Assembly: GCA_963771275.1 (NCBI GenBank)
Contig: CAVYSW010000010.1
Coordinates: 544,001 to 608,000, forward strand
Source of the DNA: an uncultured Gemmatimonadales bacterium
GTDB lineage: Bacteria; Gemmatimonadota; Gemmatimonadetes; Gemmatimonadales; GWC2-71-9
Length of the DNA: 64,000 nt
Direction: 5' to 3'
In this document: in pieces, positions 20,978 to 31,921 of the stretch
Numbering within the stretch: position 1 is the stretch's first letter
Layout of the letters: the number at the start of each line of letters is the position of its first letter
The notes under the pieces: model-generated
What the model was told of the DNA's origin: nothing
What the model saw: only the letters and a program-made list of their open reading frames with translations
Database searches by the model: none
Translations under genes and position numbers: made by a program

Positions 20978-21331
20978 ATGCCGACCATTCGTGACGTCGT
21001 TCAGGCGCTGGCCCGTCGCCCGGGCATCAAGGCCGCGATCGTGCTCGGTCGAGATGGCCTGCCGATCGACTCGGCGGTCCGCAACGGCCTGGATTCGGAC
21101 GGCGTCGCGGCGCTGATCCCGCCAATCGTGTCGGCATGCATGCGGTTGGGCGGCGCGACTGACTGCGGCGACTTCGGAGCGGGCGCCTTCGAGTTCGCCG
21201 GCGGCATGGCCGTTGTGACGACGATTACTCCCGATACCCTGCTCGCGCTGGTCGCCGAGCCCGAGACCAACCTCGGCGGCCTGCTGTACGAGCTGCGCAA
21301 GCACCGCGCCGCCATCGCCGGACTGTTGTGA
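20978..21331 (+). CDS. roadblock/LC7 (MglB-like) protein
   Basis: GIKAAIVLGRDGLPID...NLGGLLYELRK. Confidence 0.88.
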   Translation: MPTIRDVVQALARRPGIKAAIVLGRDGLPIDSAVRNGLDSDGVAALIPPIVSACMRLGGATDCGDFGAGAFEFAGGMAVVTTITPDTLLALVAEPETNLGGLLYELRKHRAAIAGLL

Positions 21332-21355
21332 GGCGTCCCTGGGGGGCGTGAGACG

Positions 21356-22387
21356 GTGAGTCGCTGGGCGGCCGTCCTCGCGGGCGGATCGGGCACGAGG
21401 TTCTGGCCGCTCTCTTCCCCGTCGCGTCCCAAGCAGCTGCTGCCCCTGGCGGGCAGCACTCCCCTGCTGCTCGAGGCCGTGCGCCGCCTCGATGGCCTGA
21501 TCCCGGCCGATCACATCGTCGTGGTGACCGGCGAGGCCCTGCTCGCCGCGACCAGACGGCTGCTCACCGACCTTCCAGAGCACCGCGTGCTGGCCGAGCC
21601 ACGCGCCGCCTCCACGGGACCCGCGCTGACCTGGGCCACCGCGGTGGTGCAACAGGAGGACCCGGCCGCGGTCGTGCTCGCGCTGCACGCCGACTGGTGG
21701 GTCGGTGACGCGGTCGCGTTCCGGCGGACCGCAGGGCGCGCGCTGGATGCCGCGGTGCACCACGACGCGCTGGTCACGGTCGGCATCGAGCCGACCCGGC
21801 CGGACGTGGGATACGGCTACATCGAGCGCGGAGCGCAGCTCGCGGACGACGTCTGGGCGGTGGCTCGTTTCACCGAGAAGCCCGATGCGCGGCGGGCCGC
21901 CGAGCTGATCGCGGGGGGCGCGCTGTGGAACAGCGGCTTGTTCGCGTGGAGCGCGGCGCGGTTCTTCGCGGAAGCCGAGGCGCATGCCCCGGAGATCGCG
22001 CGGCATCTCCCGCTGCTCGCCGCCGGCGACGTCGCGGGCTTCTTCCGCGCCGTGCGCCCCGTGGCCGTGGACGTTTCGCACTTCGAGCGCAGCCGGCGGG
22101 TGGTGGTCGTGCCGGGGCGTTTCCCGTGGGACGATGTCGGTACCTGGGCGGCCCTCGCGCGCGTGCGTGCCGCGCCGGACGGCAATGTCGTCGTCGGCGA
22201 GGCCATCGTGCGCGACAGCGCCGGGTGCGTCGTCTGGGGCGAGGAAGGACCGGTGGTCGTGGACGGCGTGCGCGATCTCGTCGTCGTGCGGGCTAATGGT
22301 CGGGTGCTGGTCACGACACGCGAACGGGCGGGGCGGCTCAAGGAGCTGCTCGAGTCGCTCCCCCCGGCCGTGCGCGAGCTGCCATAG
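21356..22387 (+). CDS. manC: mannose-1-phosphate guanylyltransferase
   Basis: LAGGSGTRFWPLS, PKQLL, GYGYI, FTEKP, WNSG, WDDVGTW. Confidence 0.92.
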   Translation: MSRWAAVLAGGSGTRFWPLSSPSRPKQLLPLAGSTPLLLEAVRRLDGLIPADHIVVVTGEALLAATRRLLTDLPEHRVLAEPRAASTGPALTWATAVVQQEDPAAVVLALHADWWVGDAVAFRRTAGRALDAAVHHDALVTVGIEPTRPDVGYGYIERGAQLADDVWAVARFTEKPDARRAAELIAGGALWNSGLFAWSAARFFAEAEAHAPEIARHLPLLAAGDVAGFFRAVRPVAVDVSHFERSRRVVVVPGRFPWDDVGTWAALARVRAAPDGNVVVGEAIVRDSAGCVVWGEEGPVVVDGVRDLVVVRANGRVLVTTRERAGRLKELLESLPPAVRELP

Positions 22388-22398
22388 GAAGGGAGACG

Positions 22399-23568
22399 AT
22401 GTCCGATCTCTATCTGATCGAGCCGGCGCTGTCCCACGCGTGGGCCCCGTTCCAGGTGAGCCGCCCGGTCGCGGAGCTGCGGGCGGGTGCCTGGTTGATC
22501 CGCGAGCGCTGGGAGGCCGTCGCCGGGGGCGAAACCCGCGCCGTGTTCGGGCCGGCACACCTCACGGCCTTCGTGGAGGACGGTGCCGCCCCGGTGCGTC
22601 CTGAGGCCCCGGTGGTGGGACCTGCGCTGGTCGGCCGGTCGGACTTCGCGCCCTCCGGGGTCGCCCCCGAGCTGCCGGCGGGGCCCGCCCGATTGATCAA
22701 CGACGAGGTGGTCGTGGGGTGGTGGGTGCCCCCGGGGGTGACGTGGCCTGCAGACGCCGCGTTCCCCGACGCGGTCGACGTGGAGGGCTCGCTGCTCCAT
22801 GGCGCGTTCGATCTCGTGACGGCGCTGGAGGATCTCCTGGCGGGCGACGTCGCCGATTTTCTGCGCGAGCGGAGCGACGCCGTGCCGGACGCTTCGGTCG
22901 TGATCGGGGATCCGGAGGACGTCATCCTCCTGGGAGGGGTCGTCGAGCCCGGGGTGGTGTTCGACGTTCGGGCCGGCGCGGTGGTGATCGAGCAGCATGC
23001 CTCCGTGCGGCACGGCACGCGCCTGGAGGGCCCGGTCTACGTGGGGGCCGGCACCGAGATTCTGGGCGGCGCGATCCGCGGGTCGGCGTTTGGGCCACGC
23101 TGCAAGGTACGCGGGGAGATCAGCACGTCGGTGTTCGTCGGGTACGGCAACAAGGCGCACGACGGATTCCTCGGCCATTCGGTGGTGGGGCGCTGGGCCA
23201 ACCTCGGCGCCGGCACGACCACCTCCGACCTCAAGAACACGTACGGGCCCGTACGCCTCGAGATCGGCGGCGGGCGGATCGAGACCGGCCGCCAGTTCCT
23301 CGGCGCGCTGATCGGGGATCACGCCAAGACGGCGATCGGCACGCTGCTCCCGACGGGAGCCGTGATCGGCGTCGCGGCGAACGTCTTCGGGGCGGCCAAT
23401 GCGGCGAAGACCACGGCTCCGTTCGCCTGGGGGACCGGTGGCGAGCGGATGACGCTCGACGGGTTCCTGACCGTGGCACGGCGGGTCATGCCACGGCGGG
23501 CGGTCGAGGTGACGGACGAGGTCGTCGCGATGCTCACCGCGGTCTATCGGCACGCGACCGGCACGTGA
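22399..23568 (+). CDS. GlmU-related putative sugar nucleotidyl/acetyltransferase
   Basis: RPVAELRAG N-domain, hexapeptide repeats, NKAHDGFLGHSVVG, NLGAGTTTSDLKNTYG. Confidence 0.85.
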   Translation: MSDLYLIEPALSHAWAPFQVSRPVAELRAGAWLIRERWEAVAGGETRAVFGPAHLTAFVEDGAAPVRPEAPVVGPALVGRSDFAPSGVAPELPAGPARLINDEVVVGWWVPPGVTWPADAAFPDAVDVEGSLLHGAFDLVTALEDLLAGDVADFLRERSDAVPDASVVIGDPEDVILLGGVVEPGVVFDVRAGAVVIEQHASVRHGTRLEGPVYVGAGTEILGGAIRGSAFGPRCKVRGEISTSVFVGYGNKAHDGFLGHSVVGRWANLGAGTTTSDLKNTYGPVRLEIGGGRIETGRQFLGALIGDHAKTAIGTLLPTGAVIGVAANVFGAANAAKTTAPFAWGTGGERMTLDGFLTVARRVMPRRAVEVTDEVVAMLTAVYRHATGT

Positions 23569-24425
23569 AGCTCGCGGTGCTGGGCTCGGGCAGTCGGGGC
23601 AACGCGATCGCGTTGTGTGCCGGAGGCCAGACGCTGCTGATCGACGCCGGGTTCGGTCCGCGGTCCCTCGCGCGCCGGGCCGAGCTCGCCGGCGTGCTCC
23701 TCGCGCCGCTCGCCGGCATCGTCCTCACACACGAGCACGGCGACCATGCGCGCGGCGCCGCCCCCCTCGCCCTGGCGACCGGTGCGCCGCTGATCGCGTC
23801 GCCGGGGACCCTCGCGGCGTTGACCGCGCGTGGCGCGGCGACCATCCCGCTGCCACCGTACGGCGGTGACCTCACCCGCGGTCCGTTCACGATCCGCGCG
23901 GCGCTCACGGCGCACGACGCGCGCGAGCCGATCGCGGTCGTCGTCGCGGACCCGACCGGGCGCTCCGTCGGTGTCGCGTACGATCTGGGGCGCCCCACCG
24001 CTGGCGTGCGGCACCTGCTGCGTGGCTGCTCGGTGCTGTTGCTCGAAGCGAATCACGACGAGGTGATGCTGCAGACGGGGCCGTACCCCGCCACGGTGCG
24101 CCAGCGGATCGGCGGCGCCGCCGGCCATCTCTCGAATCGGGCGGCCGCCGAGCTGGCCGCCGAGCTGTGCGGTCCCCGGCTGGAGGCCGTGGTGCTGCTG
24201 CATCTCAGTGAGCGGTGCAACGACGCACAGCTCGCGCGGCAAACCGTGGGGCGGGCCCTGCGGGCGCGTGGGTTTCGCGGGCGCATCCTGGTGGCGCCCC
24301 AGAACGAGCCGCTTGCCGCATTCACCCTGCGGCGGGAGGATCAGCTGGTGCTCAGCCTTCGGGGACCGGCTGCTGCTCCGTCAGGTCCGCCAGGTTCGGC
24401 TCCCATTCCCGGACCATGTGCGTGA
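23565..24425 (+). CDS. MBL-fold metallo-hydrolase (YycJ/WalJ-like)
   Basis: LGSGSRGNA, THEHGDH, LEANHD, GHLSN, HLSERCN. Confidence 0.9.
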   Translation: MKLAVLGSGSRGNAIALCAGGQTLLIDAGFGPRSLARRAELAGVLLAPLAGIVLTHEHGDHARGAAPLALATGAPLIASPGTLAALTARGAATIPLPPYGGDLTRGPFTIRAALTAHDAREPIAVVVADPTGRSVGVAYDLGRPTAGVRHLLRGCSVLLLEANHDEVMLQTGPYPATVRQRIGGAAGHLSNRAAAELAAELCGPRLEAVVLLHLSERCNDAQLARQTVGRALRARGFRGRILVAPQNEPLAAFTLRREDQLVLSLRGPAAAPSGPPGSAPIPGPCA

Positions 24426-25521
24426 ACGCGTGGGCGATCTCGCCGTCGAATTCACTGCCGGAGCGCTCCTCGATATACGACAGGATCTTGTCCGCGGGCC
24501 AGGCGTCGCGATAGGGCCGATTGGTCCGCAGGGCGTCGTACACGTCACACACATGAACGAGCCGGCTGGCCTGATGGCAGCCTCGCGGGTAGGTGAGGGG
24601 CGGGTAGCCGCCGCCGTTGATCATGATGTGATGCTCGTAGGCCACGACGGCTGCGAGATCGAGGTCCGGCTCCGAGGTGATGATGATCTTCGCCCCTTCC
24701 CGTGGATGGGCGTTCATGATCGCCCGCTCGTCCGGCTCCAGCTTCCCCGCCTTGTTGAGAATCTCCTTGGGGATGCGGACCTTCCCGAGATCGTGCAGGA
24801 GGCCCGCCACGCCGAACGCCCGCACGTCCCGCGTGCCCATCCCGAGCCACTCGGCGAGGGCCATGGTGAGGACGGAGACGTTGATCGAGTGGGTGGTGGT
24901 GTACTCGTCGAACTCCCGCAGCCGCAGCAGCGGCAGCATGAGCTGCCGATCGCCGTGCATCGCGACCGACAAACCGCGCACCACGGCCTCGGCCTCGGCG
25001 AGCGGCAGGTCTCCCGACTGCATGGTCTCCTGGTGGATCCACCGCACCGTCTCGGCTTCGTCGGCCAGGGTGAAGCGGATCGTGGCCACCGGGGTCTCGC
25101 CGGGCGAAAGCTCCTGCTCACCCTCGATGCCGACGAGACCATAGCGAATCCCGCTCGGCCGCATTTGCCGGGCTTCTGAGGTGTCGATCGCCTTGACCGT
25201 GAGGCGCGCGAGCACGAGGTCGAGGAACTCCTCCAATTCATCGCGCGTGGCGGTGCGATCGAACCGCAGCCGCTGGATGCCGATTTCCGCCAACCGGGGG
25301 CTCCAGCTCCAGCCGCGCATCTCGCGGAGCGGCAGGTCTGCGTAGATCACCTCCTCGCCCAGGAACGAGAAGGTCGGCCGGGGAACCTCGGCCAGCAGAT
25401 CCTGCAACCGCTCGAACACCTGATCGAGCGCGCGCTCCCGCGAGGTGTGCCCCTCGGGATACAGCGCCAGGGCCGAGAGCGACTGTGCCAGACCGTGGAG
25501 AAACGCGATGGCCGCGCTCAT
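24352..25521 (-). CDS. HD-GYP cyclic-dinucleotide phosphodiesterase with an uncharacterised N-terminal domain
   Basis: DEYTTTHSINV, LLHDLGK, EHH...GGGYP, VCDVYDALRTNRPYR. Confidence 0.92.
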   Translation of the reverse strand: MSAAIAFLHGLAQSLSALALYPEGHTSRERALDQVFERLQDLLAEVPRPTFSFLGEEVIYADLPLREMRGWSWSPRLAEIGIQRLRFDRTATRDELEEFLDLVLARLTVKAIDTSEARQMRPSGIRYGLVGIEGEQELSPGETPVATIRFTLADEAETVRWIHQETMQSGDLPLAEAEAVVRGLSVAMHGDRQLMLPLLRLREFDEYTTTHSINVSVLTMALAEWLGMGTRDVRAFGVAGLLHDLGKVRIPKEILNKAGKLEPDERAIMNAHPREGAKIIITSEPDLDLAAVVAYEHHIMINGGGYPPLTYPRGCHQASRLVHVCDVYDALRTNRPYRDAWPADKILSYIEERSGSEFDGEIAHAFTHMVREWEPNLADLTEQQPVPEG

Positions 25522-27635
25522 CCCGTCTCTCCCTCCCGCGCCGAGCGCACCGCCGCCTGGGCGATCTCGCTGTCCCGTGACCGCGCCGCGACGGCCAGCG
25601 CCTCGCGGGCCCGGGGATCGCTGGCGAACCGGCTCAGCGCAGTGAGCGCGGTGAGATACTCCTTGCTCTTCGGCGGCGTCGTCATGCGCAGCAAGCGCCG
25701 GCGCGGCGCCGCGATCTGCAGCAGCGTCTCGAGCGCCGCCGGATGGCCGGTGCCACCGGCCACCCGAATGGCCGCCACGCGCTGATCGACGTTCGAGCCG
25801 GTCTTGGACCGGGCCAGCAGCAGCGGAATGGCCGCCTCGGGGCAGCCGCGGGCGGCGCCCGTGAGTGCCAGCCGCACGCAATGATCGTCGCTGTCGGCGA
25901 GCCCGAGGCAGATGGCACGGTCGCGCGTCGCGTCGCCCCGCAGCAGGACCCGCAGCGCCTCGCGTCGCACGCGACCATCCTCGTGGGTCACGTACTTCGT
26001 GGGGTCGAACCCGGGCGGCAGGACCGGCATCTCGCCGAGCAGCGCGAGCATATTGCGAATTACGAACCAGCGCTCGTCGTCCAGCCGGCGAATCACGGCG
26101 GGCGCCGCGTCGGGGCCCAGCCGAATGAGGCGCTCGATCACGACGCGCCGCGTCTGGCTGTTCTCGGCGCGGATCAAGGCGTCGAGCAGCACATCCGCGG
26201 CCGCGGCCCCAATCACCGACAGCAGCTTGTCCAGCAGCGCGATGTTGAGGGGCTCCTGCGCGAGCAACAGCTCCACCTGGTTGGGCGTCGCGATGCGCGC
26301 CCGCAGCGCGGCCGCCGCCGTGGGCGCGGGCGCCGCGGCCAGGGCGTCCAGCATCCACTTGAGCTCGCCCTTGTCGACCAGCTCGGTGACCGCACGGTCG
26401 ACGGCGTCCCCCACGACGTCGAGCTCGAGCGCCATCTCGAAAACGCGACGCGGCTCCGGGACGTAGCGTGCCTCCTCGGGAACCGCGAACAAGGGCGTCG
26501 AGGTGGACATGCGCTGCAGGGCCATGCGATACGCGTCGGGGTTGGGATCGTTGAGCGCCCAGTCCCGGATCAGTCCCAGCACCTGCTCCCGCACCGAGGC
26601 TTCCGCCGTCACCTTGCGCTTGCCGCGGTCGGCGTCGGCATGCCGCGCCAGCTTATGGAGCATGCGGAGCAGTGAATGCGAGATCGTCTGCCGCTCACTG
26701 CTGGCCGCCGCCTGGACGAGCTCCAGCACAGCGTCGAGCGTCATGCCCTCGGCGGCGTTGAGCAGGAACCGGCGTCGCTGCGCGGCGTCGCCCCCCATCT
26801 CCAGCAGCTGACTCATGCTGGTGCGGTCGAGCGAGGCAATCAGCTTCGAGATCCGCTTGCGCAACGCGCCCGATTCCGGCGTCTGCCCGCCCTTGAGCTC
26901 GTCCGCGATCTGCAGCAGGTAGCCGACGATCACCTGGTCGTAGGCGGAATCCCGCTCGTGGCTCGCGATCGCGTCGGCGAGCTGTGCGGGATCGACCCGC
27001 TCCAGCGCCTCCAGCTCGTCCTCGGAGGCGGCCGCCTCGCCGGTCGCGGCCCCGGTGGCGAGCGCCGATCGCGCGAGGCCGAGCCAGAGCTGCGCCGAGC
27101 GCGTGCGGCTGGTGCGGGCCTGAGCGCTCTCGTCCGGAGGCGGCTCGTCGATGCTGGAGAAGCGCAAGCGCTCGTAGTTGAGCGGGAACGGCCGGACGTG
27201 GGGCCACACCTCCTGGCGGAACCGCGGGTTGAGTCCGATCGGGTTGCCGGTCCGGTCCGGATCCTGGGCAACTTCCCCCAGGAATTCGTGCAGCTCGTCG
27301 CTCAGCATCCCACGCCGGAACGTCACCGCGCCGATATGGTGGCGGTGCATCCGCGCCGCGAGCTCGAGCAGCACGGGGTTCTTGGGATCGGTCGCGATGC
27401 CCTCGATCACCAGCTGGCTCCGCGCCACGCCAATCGACAGGGTTGCCCGGGTGGCGAGGACCTCCTCCAGGAGCCCGTGCACGTTCTCGAGGGTCGGCCC
27501 CAGCGACGGATGCCCCTCGGGATACATCCCGTAGCGGTGGATCGTGATGGAGAGCTGGATCAGAAAGTCCCGCAGCTCGCGCGAGAGCGCACCGGACTGG
27601 CTCTGCGCCGGGGCAGAGGTCGAGTCCCGGGTCAC
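25518..27635 (-). CDS. HEAT-repeat protein with an uncharacterised N-terminal domain
   Basis: C-terminal repeats RLDDERWFVIRNMLALLG, HEDGRVRREAL, LADSDDHCVRLAL. Confidence 0.85.
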   Translation of the reverse strand: MTRDSTSAPAQSQSGALSRELRDFLIQLSITIHRYGMYPEGHPSLGPTLENVHGLLEEVLATRATLSIGVARSQLVIEGIATDPKNPVLLELAARMHRHHIGAVTFRRGMLSDELHEFLGEVAQDPDRTGNPIGLNPRFRQEVWPHVRPFPLNYERLRFSSIDEPPPDESAQARTSRTRSAQLWLGLARSALATGAATGEAAASEDELEALERVDPAQLADAIASHERDSAYDQVIVGYLLQIADELKGGQTPESGALRKRISKLIASLDRTSMSQLLEMGGDAAQRRRFLLNAAEGMTLDAVLELVQAAASSERQTISHSLLRMLHKLARHADADRGKRKVTAEASVREQVLGLIRDWALNDPNPDAYRMALQRMSTSTPLFAVPEEARYVPEPRRVFEMALELDVVGDAVDRAVTELVDKGELKWMLDALAAAPAPTAAAALRARIATPNQVELLLAQEPLNIALLDKLLSVIGAAAADVLLDALIRAENSQTRRVVIERLIRLGPDAAPAVIRRLDDERWFVIRNMLALLGEMPVLPPGFDPTKYVTHEDGRVRREALRVLLRGDATRDRAICLGLADSDDHCVRLALTGAARGCPEAAIPLLLARSKTGSNVDQRVAAIRVAGGTGHPAALETLLQIAAPRRRLLRMTTPPKSKEYLTALTALSRFASDPRAREALAVAARSRDSEIAQAAVRSAREGETG

Positions 27636-27669
27636 GCGCGCGTGGACCGTGCGACGCCGGGCATCCGGC

Positions 27670-28065
27670 TCACCGGTGGGGCGGCGCGCCCTGGGCGCGG
27701 CTCGTACTGGGCGGCGCCGGTGGGACCGCCACGCTGTCCGGTCGCGGTGTCGCCGGACCGACGCGTTCGAGCAGGATCGGTTCCTCCAGGTCGCCGCCGG
27801 AGAGCGTGAGGCGCCGGCCGGCCAGCTTGAAGTTGTAGACCATCCACTCGTCGCCCATGGCGATAAAGATCGAGTCCGCCACGATGCGCCAGCGCACCGT
27901 CTCGTCCCCCCAGCTCGCGGACGAATCGGCCCGGACGATCACGGCCTGCGGACCGTCGGGGGTCTTCGCACGCCACGTCCCGTCGAGGCGTGGCGCTCGC
28001 TGTCCGGTCGCAATCCCAACCGGTGACGCGATGAGCAGGATCCCCAAGAGCGCACCCGCATGCAT
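27670..28065 (-). CDS. hypothetical secreted small beta protein
   Basis: Signal peptide, LDGTW motif, Pro-rich tail; TAACTT-N6-ATG upstream. Confidence 0.7.
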   Translation of the reverse strand: MHAGALLGILLIASPVGIATGQRAPRLDGTWRAKTPDGPQAVIVRADSSASWGDETVRWRIVADSIFIAMGDEWMVYNFKLAGRRLTLSGGDLEEPILLERVGPATPRPDSVAVPPAPPSTSRAQGAPPHR

Positions 28066-28167
28066 AGGCATAAGTTACGTTGGTCGTGAAGGCGATGCCA
28101 CGGAGGCCGCGGCGCCGGTGATGCGCGTCACACGAGCGGCCGAGCCTACCCCCTCCCGGAGACGGTC

Positions 28168-29169
28168 ATGCGGACCCGATCAGCTCCCATTGCGCTCGCG
28201 CTGAGTGCCCTCGTCACGATGCCGGTCGCCGCACAACAGGTGCCACGCCGCCCGGCGCACACGTTCTCCATCGTCGCGCTGGACAGCGTCACCGGTGACA
28301 TCGGCGTCGCCGTCCAGTCGCACTGGTTCAGTGTGGGGAGTGGCGTGGTCTGGGCGGAGCCGGGGGTGGGTGCCGTGGCGACGCAGTCGTTCATTGATCC
28401 GAGCTACGGCCCGCGCGGGCTCTACCTCATGGGCACCGGGGTTTCCGCTCCCGAAGCCCTCGCGGCATTGCTGCGGGCAGATGCCGACAGCGCCGTCCGC
28501 CAGGTCGCCATGATCGACGCGCGCGGGCGCGTGGCCGCGTACACCGGCTCGCGCGACATCCCAGCCGCCGGCCAGCACGTGGGCCGGTGGTATTCAGTGC
28601 AGGCCAACTTGATGCGCAGCGACGCGGTGTGGCCCGCCATGGCCCGTGCCTTCGAGGCGACGCGGGGCGACCTCGCCGACCGGCTGCTCGCCGCGCTCGA
28701 TGCAGCCCAGGCGGCGGGGGGCGACATCCGCGGCCAGCAGTCGGCGGCCCTGATCGTCGTGGGGGGGACGCGCGGCGCCCGGCCCTGGGAGCGGAAGTTC
28801 GATCTCCGCGTGGAGGACAGTCCCCGACCGCTGGCCGAGCTGCGGCGTCTGGTGACGCTGCAGCGTGCCTACCGGGCCGCGACCGACGGCGACAACTTCG
28901 TGGCCGCCGGTCAGGTGGATTCCGCGCTCGCGAGCTATCGCCGCGCGTCGGAGTTCGTGCCCGATTCGGCGACGAACGGCGAGCTGATCTACTGGGTCGC
29001 CGTGACGCTGGCGGACATCGGGCGCGTGGACGAGTCCATTCCCCTGTTCCGGCGGGCCTTTCGCCAGGACCCGAGCTGGGTTGTCCTGCTGCCGAGGCTT
29101 CCGGCGGTGGGACTGCTGCACGCCGATAGCACGACGGTCCAGCGCATCATCCGCGACGCGAGCCGGTGA
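28168..29169 (+). CDS. DUF1028 (Ntn-hydrolase-like) secreted protein with a C-terminal TPR-like region
   Basis: HTFSIVA, GVAVQSHWFSVG, GVGAVATQ, GGDIRGQQSAA, DLRVED. Confidence 0.88.
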   Translation: MRTRSAPIALALSALVTMPVAAQQVPRRPAHTFSIVALDSVTGDIGVAVQSHWFSVGSGVVWAEPGVGAVATQSFIDPSYGPRGLYLMGTGVSAPEALAALLRADADSAVRQVAMIDARGRVAAYTGSRDIPAAGQHVGRWYSVQANLMRSDAVWPAMARAFEATRGDLADRLLAALDAAQAAGGDIRGQQSAALIVVGGTRGARPWERKFDLRVEDSPRPLAELRRLVTLQRAYRAATDGDNFVAAGQVDSALASYRRASEFVPDSATNGELIYWVAVTLADIGRVDESIPLFRRAFRQDPSWVVLLPRLPAVGLLHADSTTVQRIIRDASR

Positions 29170-29236
29170 GGCGCGCGCGAGGCGTCGCGAGGCACGACGC
29201 CGCCGCATGGCCGTTGCGTCTCTGCAACACGGCCTG

Positions 29237-29266
29237 AGCGCTCCGCTGTTTGGCGGGGCGCTTTCT
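29237..29266 (+). terminator. probable intrinsic terminator after the DUF1028 gene
   Basis: AGCGCTCCGC-N6-GCGGGGCGCT-TTCT. Confidence 0.5.
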
Positions 29267-29355
29267 GCTTGTGCCACATGCCGTTACGGACGCCACAGGT
29301 TTGGCGGTGCGGATCCTGTATCCCAATGATCCGACTGCCGGACGGAGCTTGAGCT

Positions 29356-29748
29356 GTGGCAAAGCGGACGATTGTTCTCGGACTTGGTCTCGCGCTGGCG
29401 GCTTGTGCCTCCCCCACGGAAGCCGGGCGGCTGGACCTGCAGGGTGCGTGGACCGGGAGCGTGGATCAGCCCGACGTGCATCTGGAGGTCACCCTCGCGC
29501 GGCGATCGGCAGGCGGGGGTAACGGCACGTTCGAGGGGACTGGCACGCTGTGGGGCGCCGGTCCTCGCGTGGATCTCGTCGTGACCGGCACGTCTGTGGG
29601 CGACAGCGTCACCCTCATGCTCGAGCCCCCGGGCTACGTGCCGATCAGGTTCGATGCCGCCGCCTCGCCGGATGCGCTGCGGCTGGTGGGGACGCTGGAC
29701 GGCTCCGGCATCCGCGCCCTGCCCTTCGTCCTCGAGCGCCAGCCATAG
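29356..29748 (+). CDS. hypothetical lipoprotein
   Basis: Lipobox LAAC, LQGAWTG, beta-rich. Confidence 0.7.
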   Translation: MAKRTIVLGLGLALAACASPTEAGRLDLQGAWTGSVDQPDVHLEVTLARRSAGGGNGTFEGTGTLWGAGPRVDLVVTGTSVGDSVTLMLEPPGYVPIRFDAAASPDALRLVGTLDGSGIRALPFVLERQP

Positions 29749-29772
29749 CGGCGAGGTTGCGTCGAGGGCTCG

Positions 29773-29816
29773 AAACGAAGACGCCCCGGGGGTTGCACCC
29801 CGGGGCGTCTTCGTTT
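29773..29816. terminator. bidirectional intrinsic terminator downstream of groEL
   Basis: Perfect 19-bp arms AAACGAAGACGCCCCGGGG / CCCCGGGGCGTCTTCGTTT between convergent genes. Confidence 0.88.
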
Positions 29817-29829
29817 GCGTGCTGCCGTG

Positions 29830-31795
<1,966 letters not shown>

Positions 31796-31847
31796 CTCCA
31801 ATGCCTCCGTGACACTAAGATGTTGAAAATAAATACCTTAAATGCGC

Positions 31848-31874
31848 CTAGCACTCGGTGCCAGTGAGTGCTAA
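31848..31874 (-). promoter_or_regulatory. CIRCE element (HrcA operator)
   Basis: TTAGCACTC-N9-GAGTGCTAG, one mismatch to consensus, directly upstream of groES. Confidence 0.95.
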
Positions 31875-31883
31875 CGAGAGGGA

Positions 31884-31911
31884 AGTATACCCCAGGGACC
31901 GGGGGTGTCAA
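31884..31911 (-). promoter_or_regulatory. sigma70 promoter of groESL
   Basis: TTGACA-N16-TATACT just upstream of CIRCE. Confidence 0.85.
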
Positions 31912-31921
31912 GGGAGGTCTG

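Noticed and set aside
24352..24425. 74-bp convergent overlap of the MBL and HD-GYP genes as antisense control
   Set aside because: It involves only low-complexity tails and is common in GC-rich genomes
27632..27976. Alternative-frame ORF whose stop overlaps the HEAT gene start
   Set aside because: Low-complexity Arg/Gly product; the overlapping 27670-28065 frame has a signal peptide and a promoter
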